Assembly (NCBI GenBank): GCA_026986575.1 | Contig: JALSOH010000004.1 | Location: forward strand, 640,001 to 704,000 | DNA: 64,000 bases | Source: Thermoproteota archaeon | Lineage (GTDB): Archaea > Korarchaeota > Korarchaeia > Korarchaeales > Korarchaeaceae | Direction: 5' to 3' | In this document: positions 38,440-46,984 of the stretch, in pieces | How positions within the stretch are numbered: position 1 is the stretch's first letter | Layout of the letters: each line of letters opens with the position of its first letter | Notes under the pieces: model-generated | Seen by the model: the letters and a program-made list of their open reading frames with translations, nothing else | What the model was told of the DNA's origin: nothing | Databases searched by the model: none | Translations under genes and position numbers: made by a program

Positions 38440-39370
38440 TCGGCACGTCCGCTTTCAACATTACTAGGGTGGCCTCACCCTCCCTCCTCACCTCAACGAA
38501 TCCTTTCTCTTCCAATCGCCTTATTTTTCTCCAGACAGTGGTCCTAGGGGCCTGAACCGCCTTTATGAGATCGGCCTGTTTGGCCACGCCACCCCTCTTC
38601 TCTAGCTCTCTTAGGATCTCGTACTCTAGGGAACCCTCCTTTAGGTCTTTAGTTGCCCTACTTCTACTCCGTAAGACGATCACCGAGGCCGCCAGGGCGA
38701 GAGCAATGCCACCTGCGATCATTAAAGGGAGTAGAGATTGATTCACCGGACTCTGAACTCGGCTCGCCGGATTTACAGCCCCGCTTGACTCCCCGAGGGA
38801 ACTAGTACGGGTAATTTCCACAACCTTCGCTCTGGAGATGTCTTCCCCGCCGAAGGACCGATTCATCTGTTTATGGGCTACTTTATAAGAGAGGGAGACG
38901 GTTCCCCCTGAGAATGATATCCGAAGGCCTCTCTCCGACTGTGAGATCTCATCAGGCAGCTTTGAGAGGCCTACAATCACTAACTGGGAGGGTGCGATCA
39001 CGACGAGTTTATCTACATCCAGATCCAGTGTTAGATTCCATATCACTCCCGATTTAGAGGTGAGTGAGGGTGTCTGATAAGAGATCGTTATCTCTCTACT
39101 GCCTAGAGTCTCCACTATAAGGAAGGATCCATCCAAAGAGTAATTGAGGGGTATGCCATCACTGTTGACCACTATGAGGTTGTGCGGCTCCCCGTCGATT
39201 CTGATAACCAATCCCGAACTAGTCTCATTGAGCCTAACGGTAACAGTCACATCTACCCACCCATCTGGGAAGAGTACCACCTCGGCCGTTGCTGAACCGA
39301 TGGACTGAGCTTGAGCCAAGACGAGCGTTAGAGCCAGTGGGAGTAGGAGGAGCTTAGACGGATAACTCAT
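38423..39370 (-). CDS. Membrane-anchored protein with an extracellular beta domain and a cytoplasmic winged-HTH
   Basis: Signal peptide, beta-rich domain, TM, then GG...QADL...PRTTVWR.IRRLEEKG.V. Confidence 0.75.
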   Translation of the reverse strand: MSYPSKLLLLPLALTLVLAQAQSIGSATAEVVLFPDGWVDVTVTVRLNETSSGLVIRIDGEPHNLIVVNSDGIPLNYSLDGSFLIVETLGSREITISYQTPSLTSKSGVIWNLTLDLDVDKLVVIAPSQLVIVGLSKLPDEISQSERGLRISFSGGTVSLSYKVAHKQMNRSFGGEDISRAKVVEITRTSSLGESSGAVNPASRVQSPVNQSLLPLMIAGGIALALAASVIVLRSRSRATKDLKEGSLEYEILRELEKRGGVAKQADLIKAVQAPRTTVWRKIRRLEEKGFVEVRREGEATLVMLKADVPTTSQA

Positions 39371-39413
39371 TAACCTTCACCCTTCCCCACAAAGAAAGGG
39401 GGATTAAGGAAGA

Positions 39414-40337
39414 TCAGCTGCCGGGAACATGATCTACTTCTCCCCTATTGCCTCTATTTCCACCTTTTCTCGTTCCTTTCATTCCTGGAGGCTCTACATA
39501 ACCTTCAGAAGTGGTGTTATCTGGCGTTCCATGACCATGGTCATTACGTCCATGCTGATTTGTGACGTTTAATGCAGCGCTGGAATTCCCTGCCATTCCA
39601 GCCCTTACCATCCCCCTAGCCCTCTCCATAACCTCCTCAGGAGCACCGCTCATGTTTACGATCGTGGCGTTTTCTGGTACCTGAGCTTTCATGTGCTCTC
39701 TTTCCTTCTCAGTAACCCTCTCCATAGCTCTATAAGCTTCTCTTATTCTGTTCTCGATCTTTATCATTAGACTAACAGCATCATTTGTCCTATTCTGCAT
39801 TAGCATTAGACTGGCCTGCTGCATGAGTCTCTCAGCCTCTCTCAGGTGTTCCATCACTGGGGTAATATTGACAGTGGCATTGGCCCTCATCACAGCGTTC
39901 ATGACCTTAGAGAGCAGCATCTGGGTTCTGTTGAGTTGACCCATAACCGTGGCATTAACCATGTCTATGGAACCGGTCTCAGCAATCCCGCATTTGTAAA
40001 GCATTTGATACGCATCCCCTATCATGTTAATAGCCCTAATCACTAAGCTTTCCGCTTGACGATAGTTTCCAACACTCATTGAGGTTTCCGCACTCTCTAT
40101 TAGGGAATCTGCCTTGGATAAAGTTTCGTTCACCATCTGGAGAGCATTAGCACACTCAGGGTTGGAGGCATCGATTGAGGACATGGTTCCTAAGAGGTCT
40201 TCCTTTGCCTGAGTATATACCCCTATCAGCGCTTGCACCACATCTTGGTTAGTGGCAGCTACGGGTATGATGACTGCCAAGATTCCTATTAGTAGGGCGG
40301 CAGCAAGCTTGTTGGATACTGGGAGTCCCAAACTCAT
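39414..40337 (-). CDS. Secreted or membrane-anchored alpha-helical hypothetical protein
   Basis: ATG 40337 follows the SD GGGGGTGAT; N-terminal hydrophobic helix, helical repeats, many NxS/T sequons, low-complexity His/Gly tail. Confidence 0.7.
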   Translation of the reverse strand: MSLGLPVSNKLAAALLIGILAVIIPVAATNQDVVQALIGVYTQAKEDLLGTMSSIDASNPECANALQMVNETLSKADSLIESAETSMSVGNYRQAESLVIRAINMIGDAYQMLYKCGIAETGSIDMVNATVMGQLNRTQMLLSKVMNAVMRANATVNITPVMEHLREAERLMQQASLMLMQNRTNDAVSLMIKIENRIREAYRAMERVTEKEREHMKAQVPENATIVNMSGAPEEVMERARGMVRAGMAGNSSAALNVTNQHGRNDHGHGTPDNTTSEGYVEPPGMKGTRKGGNRGNRGEVDHVPGS

Positions 40338-40413
40338 CAAATCACCCCCTGTAGGTGCATCTGTGGAGCGGGAGATAAGGACAGCGTCCGGACGGCGGGC
40401 GCCCACTGGGCAC

Positions 40414-40647
40414 TTATGGTGGTTTGGGGAGGAGCTTCTTCAGTGCCTCAACATTCCAAGGATGTACCGTCTTCCTCCTCCTATCGACGGGAATACCCCT
40501 TCTTCTGGCCTCTACTAGAGAGATCCCCGCCTCTTTAAGCTCTCCTAGGCTGAATCCCCTGCCCAACCTCTTCCTCTTATCCCTCCTAGTAGAGGTCAGG
40601 ACTAGGGGGCTCAGCGACCTCATAGTGCCTAATGGCTCATTAGGCAT
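40414..40647 (-). CDS. rpl13e: 50S ribosomal protein L13e
   Basis: [15 protein letters not shown]...[12 protein letters not shown]....NVE.L signature. Confidence 0.92.
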   Translation of the reverse strand: MPNEPLGTMRSLSPLVLTSTRRDKRKRLGRGFSLGELKEAGISLVEARRRGIPVDRRRKTVHPWNVEALKKLLPKPP

Positions 40648-40719
40648 AATAAATCTAACAGCGTTTCGGAGGGATAATCTTCAAATAATATTTGACCTCC
40701 CTCGATACAAGGTGCGAAG

Positions 40720-41514
40720 ATAGAGGAGGATTCCCTCACTACGAGACTCAAAAATGTACTCCATCTCACGGAATACGAGGCTAGGACATATCTAGCCCTG
40801 ATTGTGCATGGAAGTATGACTATCGGAGAATTGAGCGAACTGAGCGGGGTTCCGAGGGCTAAATGTTACGAGATCGTGAGAAATCTCGTTCGAAAAGGAA
40901 TGATAGTGATGATCAGCAGTAAACCGGCTAAATACGCACCCCTACCAGCCAAGCAGGGAATAACCAATAGGATTGAGCAGTTGAGGAGGGAGCTTGAGAG
41001 GAAAGTAGTGGAGGCAGAGCAACTTCTGGAGGAAATAAGGGAGATCAGTGGTCAAGGATCCGTCAGGGAGGCGCAGATGATGATTATAGAGAGCCACGAG
41101 TCTATCCTCTCCAACTCAGTTAAAGATGCTGTAAACGCGGAGAGGGAAGTACTGGTGGCGCTATCTCAGAAGCCCGCTAGAATAGATTGGAGTAAGTATG
41201 CTAAGGACATCTTGGACTGTATGAGAAGGGGAGTGAGGTTCAGGTTCTTGGTACCCTCTCTGGATGTGTTCAGTAGTAGATTCAGGGAAATACTGGAGAG
41301 AAGTACACTAGAGCCTCTTTCAAAGAACTTAGCAGAGATTAAGGAGACGAGAGCTGTGAAGGTGCCCTTCATGGTAATAGACAGCGACACAACATACCTC
41401 TATATCTCAGATCCCGAGACTAACACCCTTAGGACCGCTGTCAGGATAATGGACAGCAGGATGGCGGAGCAGATGAAGGAGCTCTTCAACAGATATTGGG
41501 AGATGGCTCATTAA
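40720..41514 (+). CDS. TrmB family transcriptional regulator (probable non-canonical ATA start at 40720)
   Basis: LTEYEARTYLAL lies upstream of the ORF-track start and is in frame with ELSELSGVPRAKCYE..L..KG; C-terminal effector domain. Confidence 0.85.
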   Translation: MEEDSLTTRLKNVLHLTEYEARTYLALIVHGSMTIGELSELSGVPRAKCYEIVRNLVRKGMIVMISSKPAKYAPLPAKQGITNRIEQLRRELERKVVEAEQLLEEIREISGQGSVREAQMMIIESHESILSNSVKDAVNAEREVLVALSQKPARIDWSKYAKDILDCMRRGVRFRFLVPSLDVFSSRFREILERSTLEPLSKNLAEIKETRAVKVPFMVIDSDTTYLYISDPETNTLRTAVRIMDSRMAEQMKELFNRYWEMAH

Positions 41515-41816
41515 CACTTTTGTTTCAGTCTGACGAGCTTGAACACAACTGTTCCACCACATGTGAGCGGGGGCCCGGGATCAGGACACTGCACACGTCC
41601 AACATCCCCCTCACCTATTCCCAATTGATCTGCAGGCACTCCGTGCGAGAAGGGGGAAAGAAGGGTTGCCATAGCAGTCAGGGCGTGGAGACAGATCCTC
41701 ACATCCTCCTCCCCTTCGATGTAGAAGCCTCTCAAGGTGAAGGAATCGCCCTTGCGGTATTTAGCTGCGCAATATCCTCTAACCTCCTCCACCTCTATCT
41801 CGACTCTGTGTAGCAT
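41511..41816 (-). CDS. TIGR04076-family Cys-rich protein
   Basis: V.EVRGYC....GD.F, CLHAL, QCPDPG...GTVVF. Confidence 0.8.
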   Translation of the reverse strand: MLHRVEIEVEEVRGYCAAKYRKGDSFTLRGFYIEGEEDVRICLHALTAMATLLSPFSHGVPADQLGIGEGDVGRVQCPDPGPPLTCGGTVVFKLVRLKQKC

Positions 41817-41822
41817 GAAGGC

Positions 41823-42404
41823 TCACCTCAAGAGTATCTCGTCCAGTCTGACTAGTACTGCTCCTTCCCTTACCATCTCGTCCTTGGCCCTCTCCTCATT
41901 ACTCGGATCTATACCCCTCACTGCATCTTCCACGATGAAGACCTCGAATCCCAGCCTCAGCGCATCTAGGACGGTGGCCCTAACGCAGTACTCGGTCGCG
42001 ACGCCTCCCACGAAGAGCCTCTTCACCCCTCTCTCCTTGAGGATCTCCTCCAAGTCAGTCCCCTCGAAACCCGAGTACGCATCCTTATCTCTATCTGTCG
42101 CCTTGGAAACTATCATGGCACCTTCGGGGACCATCAGATCGGGGTGAAACTCAGCACCCTCGCTTCCTTGGACGCAGTGAGGGGGCCAAGGACCGCCTCT
42201 CTGCTTGAAGGATACGTGGTCGGGAGGGTGCCAGTCCCTAGTGTAGATCACGGTGAAACCCCTCTCGGCGAAATGAGAGATCAGGACATTCAAGGGTGCC
42301 ACCACCTCGTCCCCCTTGGGGACGGGGAGGGCGCCCCCAGGCATGAAGTCCCTCTGAACATCCACCACGATGAGCGCGGGATTCCGGACCGGTGCTACCC
42401 TCAT
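41823..42404 (-). CDS. pncA: Nicotinamidase/pyrazinamidase
   Basis: VDVQRDF.PGGAL, DWHPPDH.SF, WPPHCVQG, YSGF, ATEYCV. Confidence 0.92.
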   Translation of the reverse strand: MRVAPVRNPALIVVDVQRDFMPGGALPVPKGDEVVAPLNVLISHFAERGFTVIYTRDWHPPDHVSFKQRGGPWPPHCVQGSEGAEFHPDLMVPEGAMIVSKATDRDKDAYSGFEGTDLEEILKERGVKRLFVGGVATEYCVRATVLDALRLGFEVFIVEDAVRGIDPSNEERAKDEMVREGAVLVRLDEILLR

Positions 42405-42460
42405 AGGGTGAATGTGAGCGTGGACCTCATAAACTTAGAAAGGTAGGGAGGTGTGGAGGA

Positions 42461-43507
42461 TCAGACCTCCAGCTCATCCAAGAAGTCGGGAATCCAAGAG
42501 AACATATCCTGCGAGACCCTGGCCACCATGTCCACTCCCACTACCTCGCTGGGGTAGACGGGGATGTAGGACCTCACCAAGGGTCCGAGGTCCCTCTCTA
42601 TCTCGGCCATGTACCCGAGCTGCTCCCTGTACTTGTTCCTTATGTACTCATTTGTCGTCGCCTCAGCGACTGCCTTAGGTATCACCTGATTCACGATGAC
42701 CCCGCCGACGGGAATGTCGAAGCCCTTCACCATCTTGATGAACCTCTTAACTACCGCTATGGGTAAGGAGAGCGGTAATGTGACGAAGAAGAACGCAGTG
42801 AGCTCCTCGTTGAGCAGAATGTCCTTGACCCTGTTGAACCTGTCTTGCATGGACAGAAGGTCGGCCATTAGGGGATCCTTCTTTATCTCCTCCATCACCT
42901 TCTCCTTGCGGAAGGACAGCTTTACCCTCAACGATAAAGCCTCCTTCCTGCTCTCAATCATCCTCTCAAGCCAAAGCCCGTAGATCTTGCTCAAACCTAT
43001 CAGTCTGGCCGCGTTAGCGACGGCGGCAGTGTCGAAGACAACCACATCATACTCCTCACCCTGCTGGAGCACCACATCCATCATCTTATCGAACATCGCC
43101 GACTCTTGGAAGGCCGGGTTCGTGGTAGCTATGTCAATGAAGGGCTTAGGATCCATGGGTATGTCAGCCCACTTAAGGAACTCCGAAAGCCTCTTCGCAA
43201 TGTTTTGCTTGTACTTCTCCACCACATCATCTATCTCCACTTCGAGGGCGTAAAGATTAGGAGCCCCCTCCACAGGCTTTATCACTCCTCCCCTCAGGTC
43301 CTGACCAAACAGGCTTGATAGTGAGTGTACAGGGTTGAGGGACACAAGAAGAGTCTTCTTCCCATCCTTGGCGAACCTGTATGCAAGGCCAGCAGCTGAT
43401 ATAGTCTTCCCGACGCCCCCTTTACCTCCGGTGAAGAGGAACTTGAGCTTAGGCTTCTTGGAGAGGAACTCGGGCATCAACACCTTCTCCTCCAAGCTCA
43501 CCACCAT
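42461..43507 (-). CDS. ArsA/Get3(TRC40)-family ATPase with degenerate switch I/II (paralog B)
   Basis: GGKGGVGKT; switch I reads SLNPVHSL, switch II reads DTAAVAN; IVNQ; no cysteines. Confidence 0.88.
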   Translation of the reverse strand: MVVSLEEKVLMPEFLSKKPKLKFLFTGGKGGVGKTISAAGLAYRFAKDGKKTLLVSLNPVHSLSSLFGQDLRGGVIKPVEGAPNLYALEVEIDDVVEKYKQNIAKRLSEFLKWADIPMDPKPFIDIATTNPAFQESAMFDKMMDVVLQQGEEYDVVVFDTAAVANAARLIGLSKIYGLWLERMIESRKEALSLRVKLSFRKEKVMEEIKKDPLMADLLSMQDRFNRVKDILLNEELTAFFFVTLPLSLPIAVVKRFIKMVKGFDIPVGGVIVNQVIPKAVAEATTNEYIRNKYREQLGYMAEIERDLGPLVRSYIPVYPSEVVGVDMVARVSQDMFSWIPDFLDELEV

Positions 43508-44499
43508 AGCAGGTCCCTCCTCGAGTTCATCAGGTCCTCAGCGACCTTCGCAATCATCTCCAATCCTTTGGGCTCTCTATCATACATGGGAATTATTGCA
43601 GCGATCAGGTCTTCGAACTTCTCTCTTATCTCCAGCAAGTGTTTCTCCTGCATCTCTATTTTCTTTCTCAAGAGTTCTGGAAGATCGGGCTTGTTCAACA
43701 GGTCCCTAGGATATATCTGATTGACGATCACGCCGGACATCTCTATGTTCAGCTCCCTGAACATCTCTAGCGCGCGTTCCGTATCCAGTATGGCCATCTT
43801 CTCCGGTACCATTACCATGAAGAAGGCCGTCTTCTCGGAGTTGGTCATCAGCTCGGTGAAAGTGGTCATCTTCTTCCTTATCTCCTCCAGTTCCTTTAGG
43901 ACCATGTCCTCGGTCTGCATCCCTCCCTTCAGAGTTGCAGCCACGGCCTCGTACTCAGCAGCCTCTTTCCTGGCCTCAGTTATCTTGTCCACCCAGGCGC
44001 TGAGGATCTCAGCCATCGCCACCATTCTGACCCCATGACCGAATGGAGGCATATCGAAGACGTAGAGGTCATACTCTCCCGAGGCCACCAGATCTGCCAT
44101 CGCATCGTACGTCGCTGATTCGTACATAGCCGGCTCGGCGGAGGTGCTATCTATGTACTCTTCAATCTCTTTGGGGAGTTCCTCCAGTCCATACATGTCC
44201 ATTATCTTATGTTTAATCTCCTGTTGGTACTCGGCTATTTTCTTGTCCGCGTCTATCTCTACTACGTAAAGATTGGGCGCAACTTCCACGACTCCCTTAC
44301 CGAAGAGGTCCCTCTCGAAGATGTCGCTCAGTGAAGCTTGGGGGTCAGTGCTGAAGCAGAGGACCTTCTTCCCCTCATTCACGGCCATATGGTAGCTAAG
44401 GGCGGCACTGCTAGTGGTCTTTCCCAAACCACCCTTCCCAGCGAACACCACCACCTCTATATTCGGCTTCCTCTCGAAGAATTCAGCTAAACCCACCAT
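43498..44499 (-). CDS. ArsA/Get3(TRC40)-family ATPase (paralog A)
   Basis: GKGGLGKTT, STDPQASLSD, EIDA, DMPPFGH, PEKMA..DT, IVNQ. Confidence 0.9.
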   Translation of the reverse strand: MVGLAEFFERKPNIEVVVFAGKGGLGKTTSSAALSYHMAVNEGKKVLCFSTDPQASLSDIFERDLFGKGVVEVAPNLYVVEIDADKKIAEYQQEIKHKIMDMYGLEELPKEIEEYIDSTSAEPAMYESATYDAMADLVASGEYDLYVFDMPPFGHGVRMVAMAEILSAWVDKITEARKEAAEYEAVAATLKGGMQTEDMVLKELEEIRKKMTTFTELMTNSEKTAFFMVMVPEKMAILDTERALEMFRELNIEMSGVIVNQIYPRDLLNKPDLPELLRKKIEMQEKHLLEIREKFEDLIAAIIPMYDREPKGLEMIAKVAEDLMNSRRDLLWW

Positions 44500-44518
44500 G
44501 GAACCACTCTCCCGCTCC

Positions 44519-44827
44519 TCAGCCGCTCAGTAGATCGGTGAAGTCTCTCTCCCTGAACAGCCTCTCCTTCCACGACTTTATATTGGGAACGACGTAGGGT
44601 AAGATCTTCAACGAGTAGTAGGGTGGGATTATCGGGAAGCCCAGCATGTCACCCAAAGTCATCAGCATGAAGAGGTGCTCCATGTGCATCCTGGTCTTCA
44701 GGGCCGCGGTAGCTGCCCCGTGGACAGCGAAGCCATAGAGCACGCCCTTAAGGGCCTCGGAAACTCCTTCCTTCTTTTCTTCCTTCTTTTCCTTATTCTT
44801 TCTACCGAATAACGGGATAGGGATCAC
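44519..44827 (-). CDS. Small CstA/ArsA-associated protein (paralog 1, about 100 aa)
   Basis: LFMLMTLGDMLGFPIIPPYYSLKILPY....W...RERD motif. SD GGAGGTGA near 44823-44831 puts the start at GTG 44827 or ATC 44818; the longer ORF-track version overlaps cstA. Confidence 0.75.
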   Translation of the reverse strand: MIPIPLFGRKNKEKKEEKKEGVSEALKGVLYGFAVHGAATAALKTRMHMEHLFMLMTLGDMLGFPIIPPYYSLKILPYVVPNIKSWKERLFRERDFTDLLSG

Positions 44828-44839
44828 CTCCCAATCGAG

Positions 44840-44862
44840 CATGAAAAAGGGAAATAAAAGGT
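44840..44862 (-). terminator. T-rich terminator-like tract immediately after cstA
   Basis: Minus-strand ccttttatttccctttttc. Confidence 0.4.
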
Positions 44863-46596
44863 TTAGGGAGAGACAGCCTTGGCCTCTACTTCTCCTTTTC
44901 TGACCTTGAAGTAGGCGCTCCAGAGGGCGTAGCTCATGTAGATGCCAAGCACGAAGAGCACTATGCCTATGACGAAGAAGAGCGCATTGAGGGCCCACGC
45001 CGCCCCGGGATACTGGGTCAGCGGCGGTTTCGCCAGCGGCTTCTTTATACCGAAGGTACTCAGTCCGAAGGTGTATATCTCCCAGAGGAGGGCGGAGAGG
45101 GTGACGATGGTCATGAACGCGGCTGGCACGGCGGAATACCACGAGGGCTTGTTCATCTTGGCAACATAGAAGGCCACCAGCGTGAGGGCCATCGCAGCCA
45201 GCAGCTGGTTGCTACCACCGAAGTATATCCACAAGTTTATCCAGCTTCCGGTCAATGCGAATATGATGGGCAGTATCAGACCTATCACGGTGGCTACATA
45301 CTTGTTCCCGAGCCACTCCCAAGATCCCCTGAAGAGCTCGGCGCTGAACACACGCCAGTACCTTGTGACGAGCGCCTGCACAGTTATAGCATAAATGACG
45401 AGGAATATCGAGAAGAACGTCAGTAGATACGCCTTTGAAGCATCCCCTCCGAGGAACGGGGCGGTCAGCAAGGTGGCTCCGTTAACGAAGGCCGATATCT
45501 TACCCTTAGCTATGAGATCCGGCGAGACGACCATGTAGGCAGCCAGAGCTGAGGTGGCGAGCAGACCCTCGGTGAGCATTGCTCCAGCCCCTACTGGCCT
45601 GGCATCGGTCTCCACGTCAAGCTGCTTCCCAGTCGTGGAGGTGCTGACGAGGCTGTGCCATCCCGATATCGCACCGCATGCTATAGACACGAAGAGGATC
45701 GGGAATATCGGACCTACGTTCTGGACGTACCATCCCTTGAACGCTGGCTGGATAAGCTTCATGCCGGTAGCAGGAGATATGAGGGCGCCGAATATTATCA
45801 GCAGGACCCCTCCTATGGCCGGAAATACTGCCACGAAGTTCATCGGGGTGATGAACTTGGGAAGCGGGACTATGGCTCCGACGAAGAGTATTATCGCGAG
45901 GATTATCGACCACACTTGGATGGACCACGGGCCGAAGAAGTCCTTAGGCGGCCACGCCACAGCAGTGCCTACCCCAACACTGATCAGCGTGAGTATTATC
46001 GCCAGTGCGGTTACGCCGAAGATGTTAGCCTTGTACTTGTAGAGGAGCTCTCCCACTATGAGACCGGTTATTATGATGCCTATGGTTGCTATGAAGGAAC
46101 CTGGGAAGACGTTCCAGAATAGCGATACAAGATAGATGAACACCGCCGAGATTATCAGCAGGTAGAAGAGCAAGTATGCCAGCAGTATCTTCCTTCCCCT
46201 CTCTCCTATAGCGTTATAGACGAGGGGACCCATGGATCTGCCCTCGTTCCTGACCGTGAGCATTATGGTGCTGTAATCTTGGACCCAACCGATGAACATG
46301 TTCCCTATTACTATCCAAATGAGGGCTGGCAGCCAGCCGTAGGCGACGGCTATGAACGGTCCCAAGATGGGTCCCAAGGCAGCTATGCTCTTGAACTGGA
46401 ATCCATAGAGGACGTATCTACTTACTGGAAAGTACTCCACGCCGTCCAAGTACATGTGGGCTGGTGTAACCTTCTTCTCGCTTACCTCCCAGATGTGCTC
46501 GTCGACCCACTTGGCGTACACGTAGTAGGCGAATCCGTAAGCAACTAGAGCCCCGATTATCCAGAGGGAGGGGGTCTCCAAGAACGCTACCTGCAT
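44863..46596 (-). CDS. cstA: Carbon starvation protein A (CstA) family transporter
   Basis: TPAH..DGVEY.P, FKSIAALGPILGP, GWLPA, IACGAISGWHSL, GAMLTEG, FGGSNQLLA. Confidence 0.92.
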   Translation of the reverse strand: MQVAFLETPSLWIIGALVAYGFAYYVYAKWVDEHIWEVSEKKVTPAHMYLDGVEYFPVSRYVLYGFQFKSIAALGPILGPFIAVAYGWLPALIWIVIGNMFIGWVQDYSTIMLTVRNEGRSMGPLVYNAIGERGRKILLAYLLFYLLIISAVFIYLVSLFWNVFPGSFIATIGIIITGLIVGELLYKYKANIFGVTALAIILTLISVGVGTAVAWPPKDFFGPWSIQVWSIILAIILFVGAIVPLPKFITPMNFVAVFPAIGGVLLIIFGALISPATGMKLIQPAFKGWYVQNVGPIFPILFVSIACGAISGWHSLVSTSTTGKQLDVETDARPVGAGAMLTEGLLATSALAAYMVVSPDLIAKGKISAFVNGATLLTAPFLGGDASKAYLLTFFSIFLVIYAITVQALVTRYWRVFSAELFRGSWEWLGNKYVATVIGLILPIIFALTGSWINLWIYFGGSNQLLAAMALTLVAFYVAKMNKPSWYSAVPAAFMTIVTLSALLWEIYTFGLSTFGIKKPLAKPPLTQYPGAAWALNALFFVIGIVLFVLGIYMSYALWSAYFKVRKGEVEAKAVSP

Positions 46597-46638
46597 ATTT
46601 ACCCCCCTGAAAGTGACCTTTAAGTAGGTAAGGCGATC

Positions 46639-46710
46639 AGTTAGCTAATTAACTTTGCTATATACGTCTTTTGCTTATACTATGGAAAGATTTTTCACAA
46701 ATTGTGTGAA
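46639..46710. promoter_or_regulatory. Two inverted repeats in the cstA promoter region
   Basis: AGTTAGCTAATTAACT (46639-46654) and TTCACA-aattg-TGTGAA (46694-46710), with TATA-like elements between them. Confidence 0.45.
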
Positions 46711-46717
46711 TGGATTT

Positions 46718-46984
46718 TCATACGGTTTCCGGGACCTCCTCCGTTATATCCCTCTCCCTGAGCTGCCTCTGCTTCCAACCCTCTATCTCAGGCAACAGAT
46801 AAGGAAGGAGCCTCAGCATGATGGGTGTGGTCATGAGTGGGAGGCCAAGCAGTTCTCCCATGATCAGGAGGTTTACCGCATCCCTCAGCTTAGCCGCCTC
46901 CTTCCTCGTCTCCCAGTAAAGGTCGAAGTAGAAGAGCCCGAAGAGGAACTCCTTAGCAGCTCTCTTAAATTCCTCCCATCTCAT
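46718..46984 (-). CDS. Small CstA/ArsA-associated protein (paralog 2, about 88 aa)
   Basis: KEFLFG...LLIMGELLGLPLM....LRLLPY....W...RERD aligns by eye with paralog 1; probable start ATG 46984 (MRWEEF). Confidence 0.78.
   Translation of the reverse strand: MRWEEFKRAAKEFLFGLFYFDLYWETRKEAAKLRDAVNLLIMGELLGLPLMTTPIMLRLLPYLLPEIEGWKQRQLRERDITEEVPETV

Noticed and set aside
42461-44499. Annotation as an arsenite efflux ArsA operon
   Set aside because: No metalloid-binding cysteines and no arsB/acr3/arsC/arsD/arsR neighbours
44500-44521. Possible selenocysteine readthrough at the TGA ending the small CstA-associated protein
   Set aside because: No Cys/Sec-type motif next to the TGA, no SECIS-like element seen, and the readthrough frame runs into the next gene
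44828-45142. N-terminal extension of the 207-aa ORF-track call 44519..45142
   Set aside because: It overlaps cstA in another frame and crosses a terminator-like tract; the real gene starts near 44818-44827
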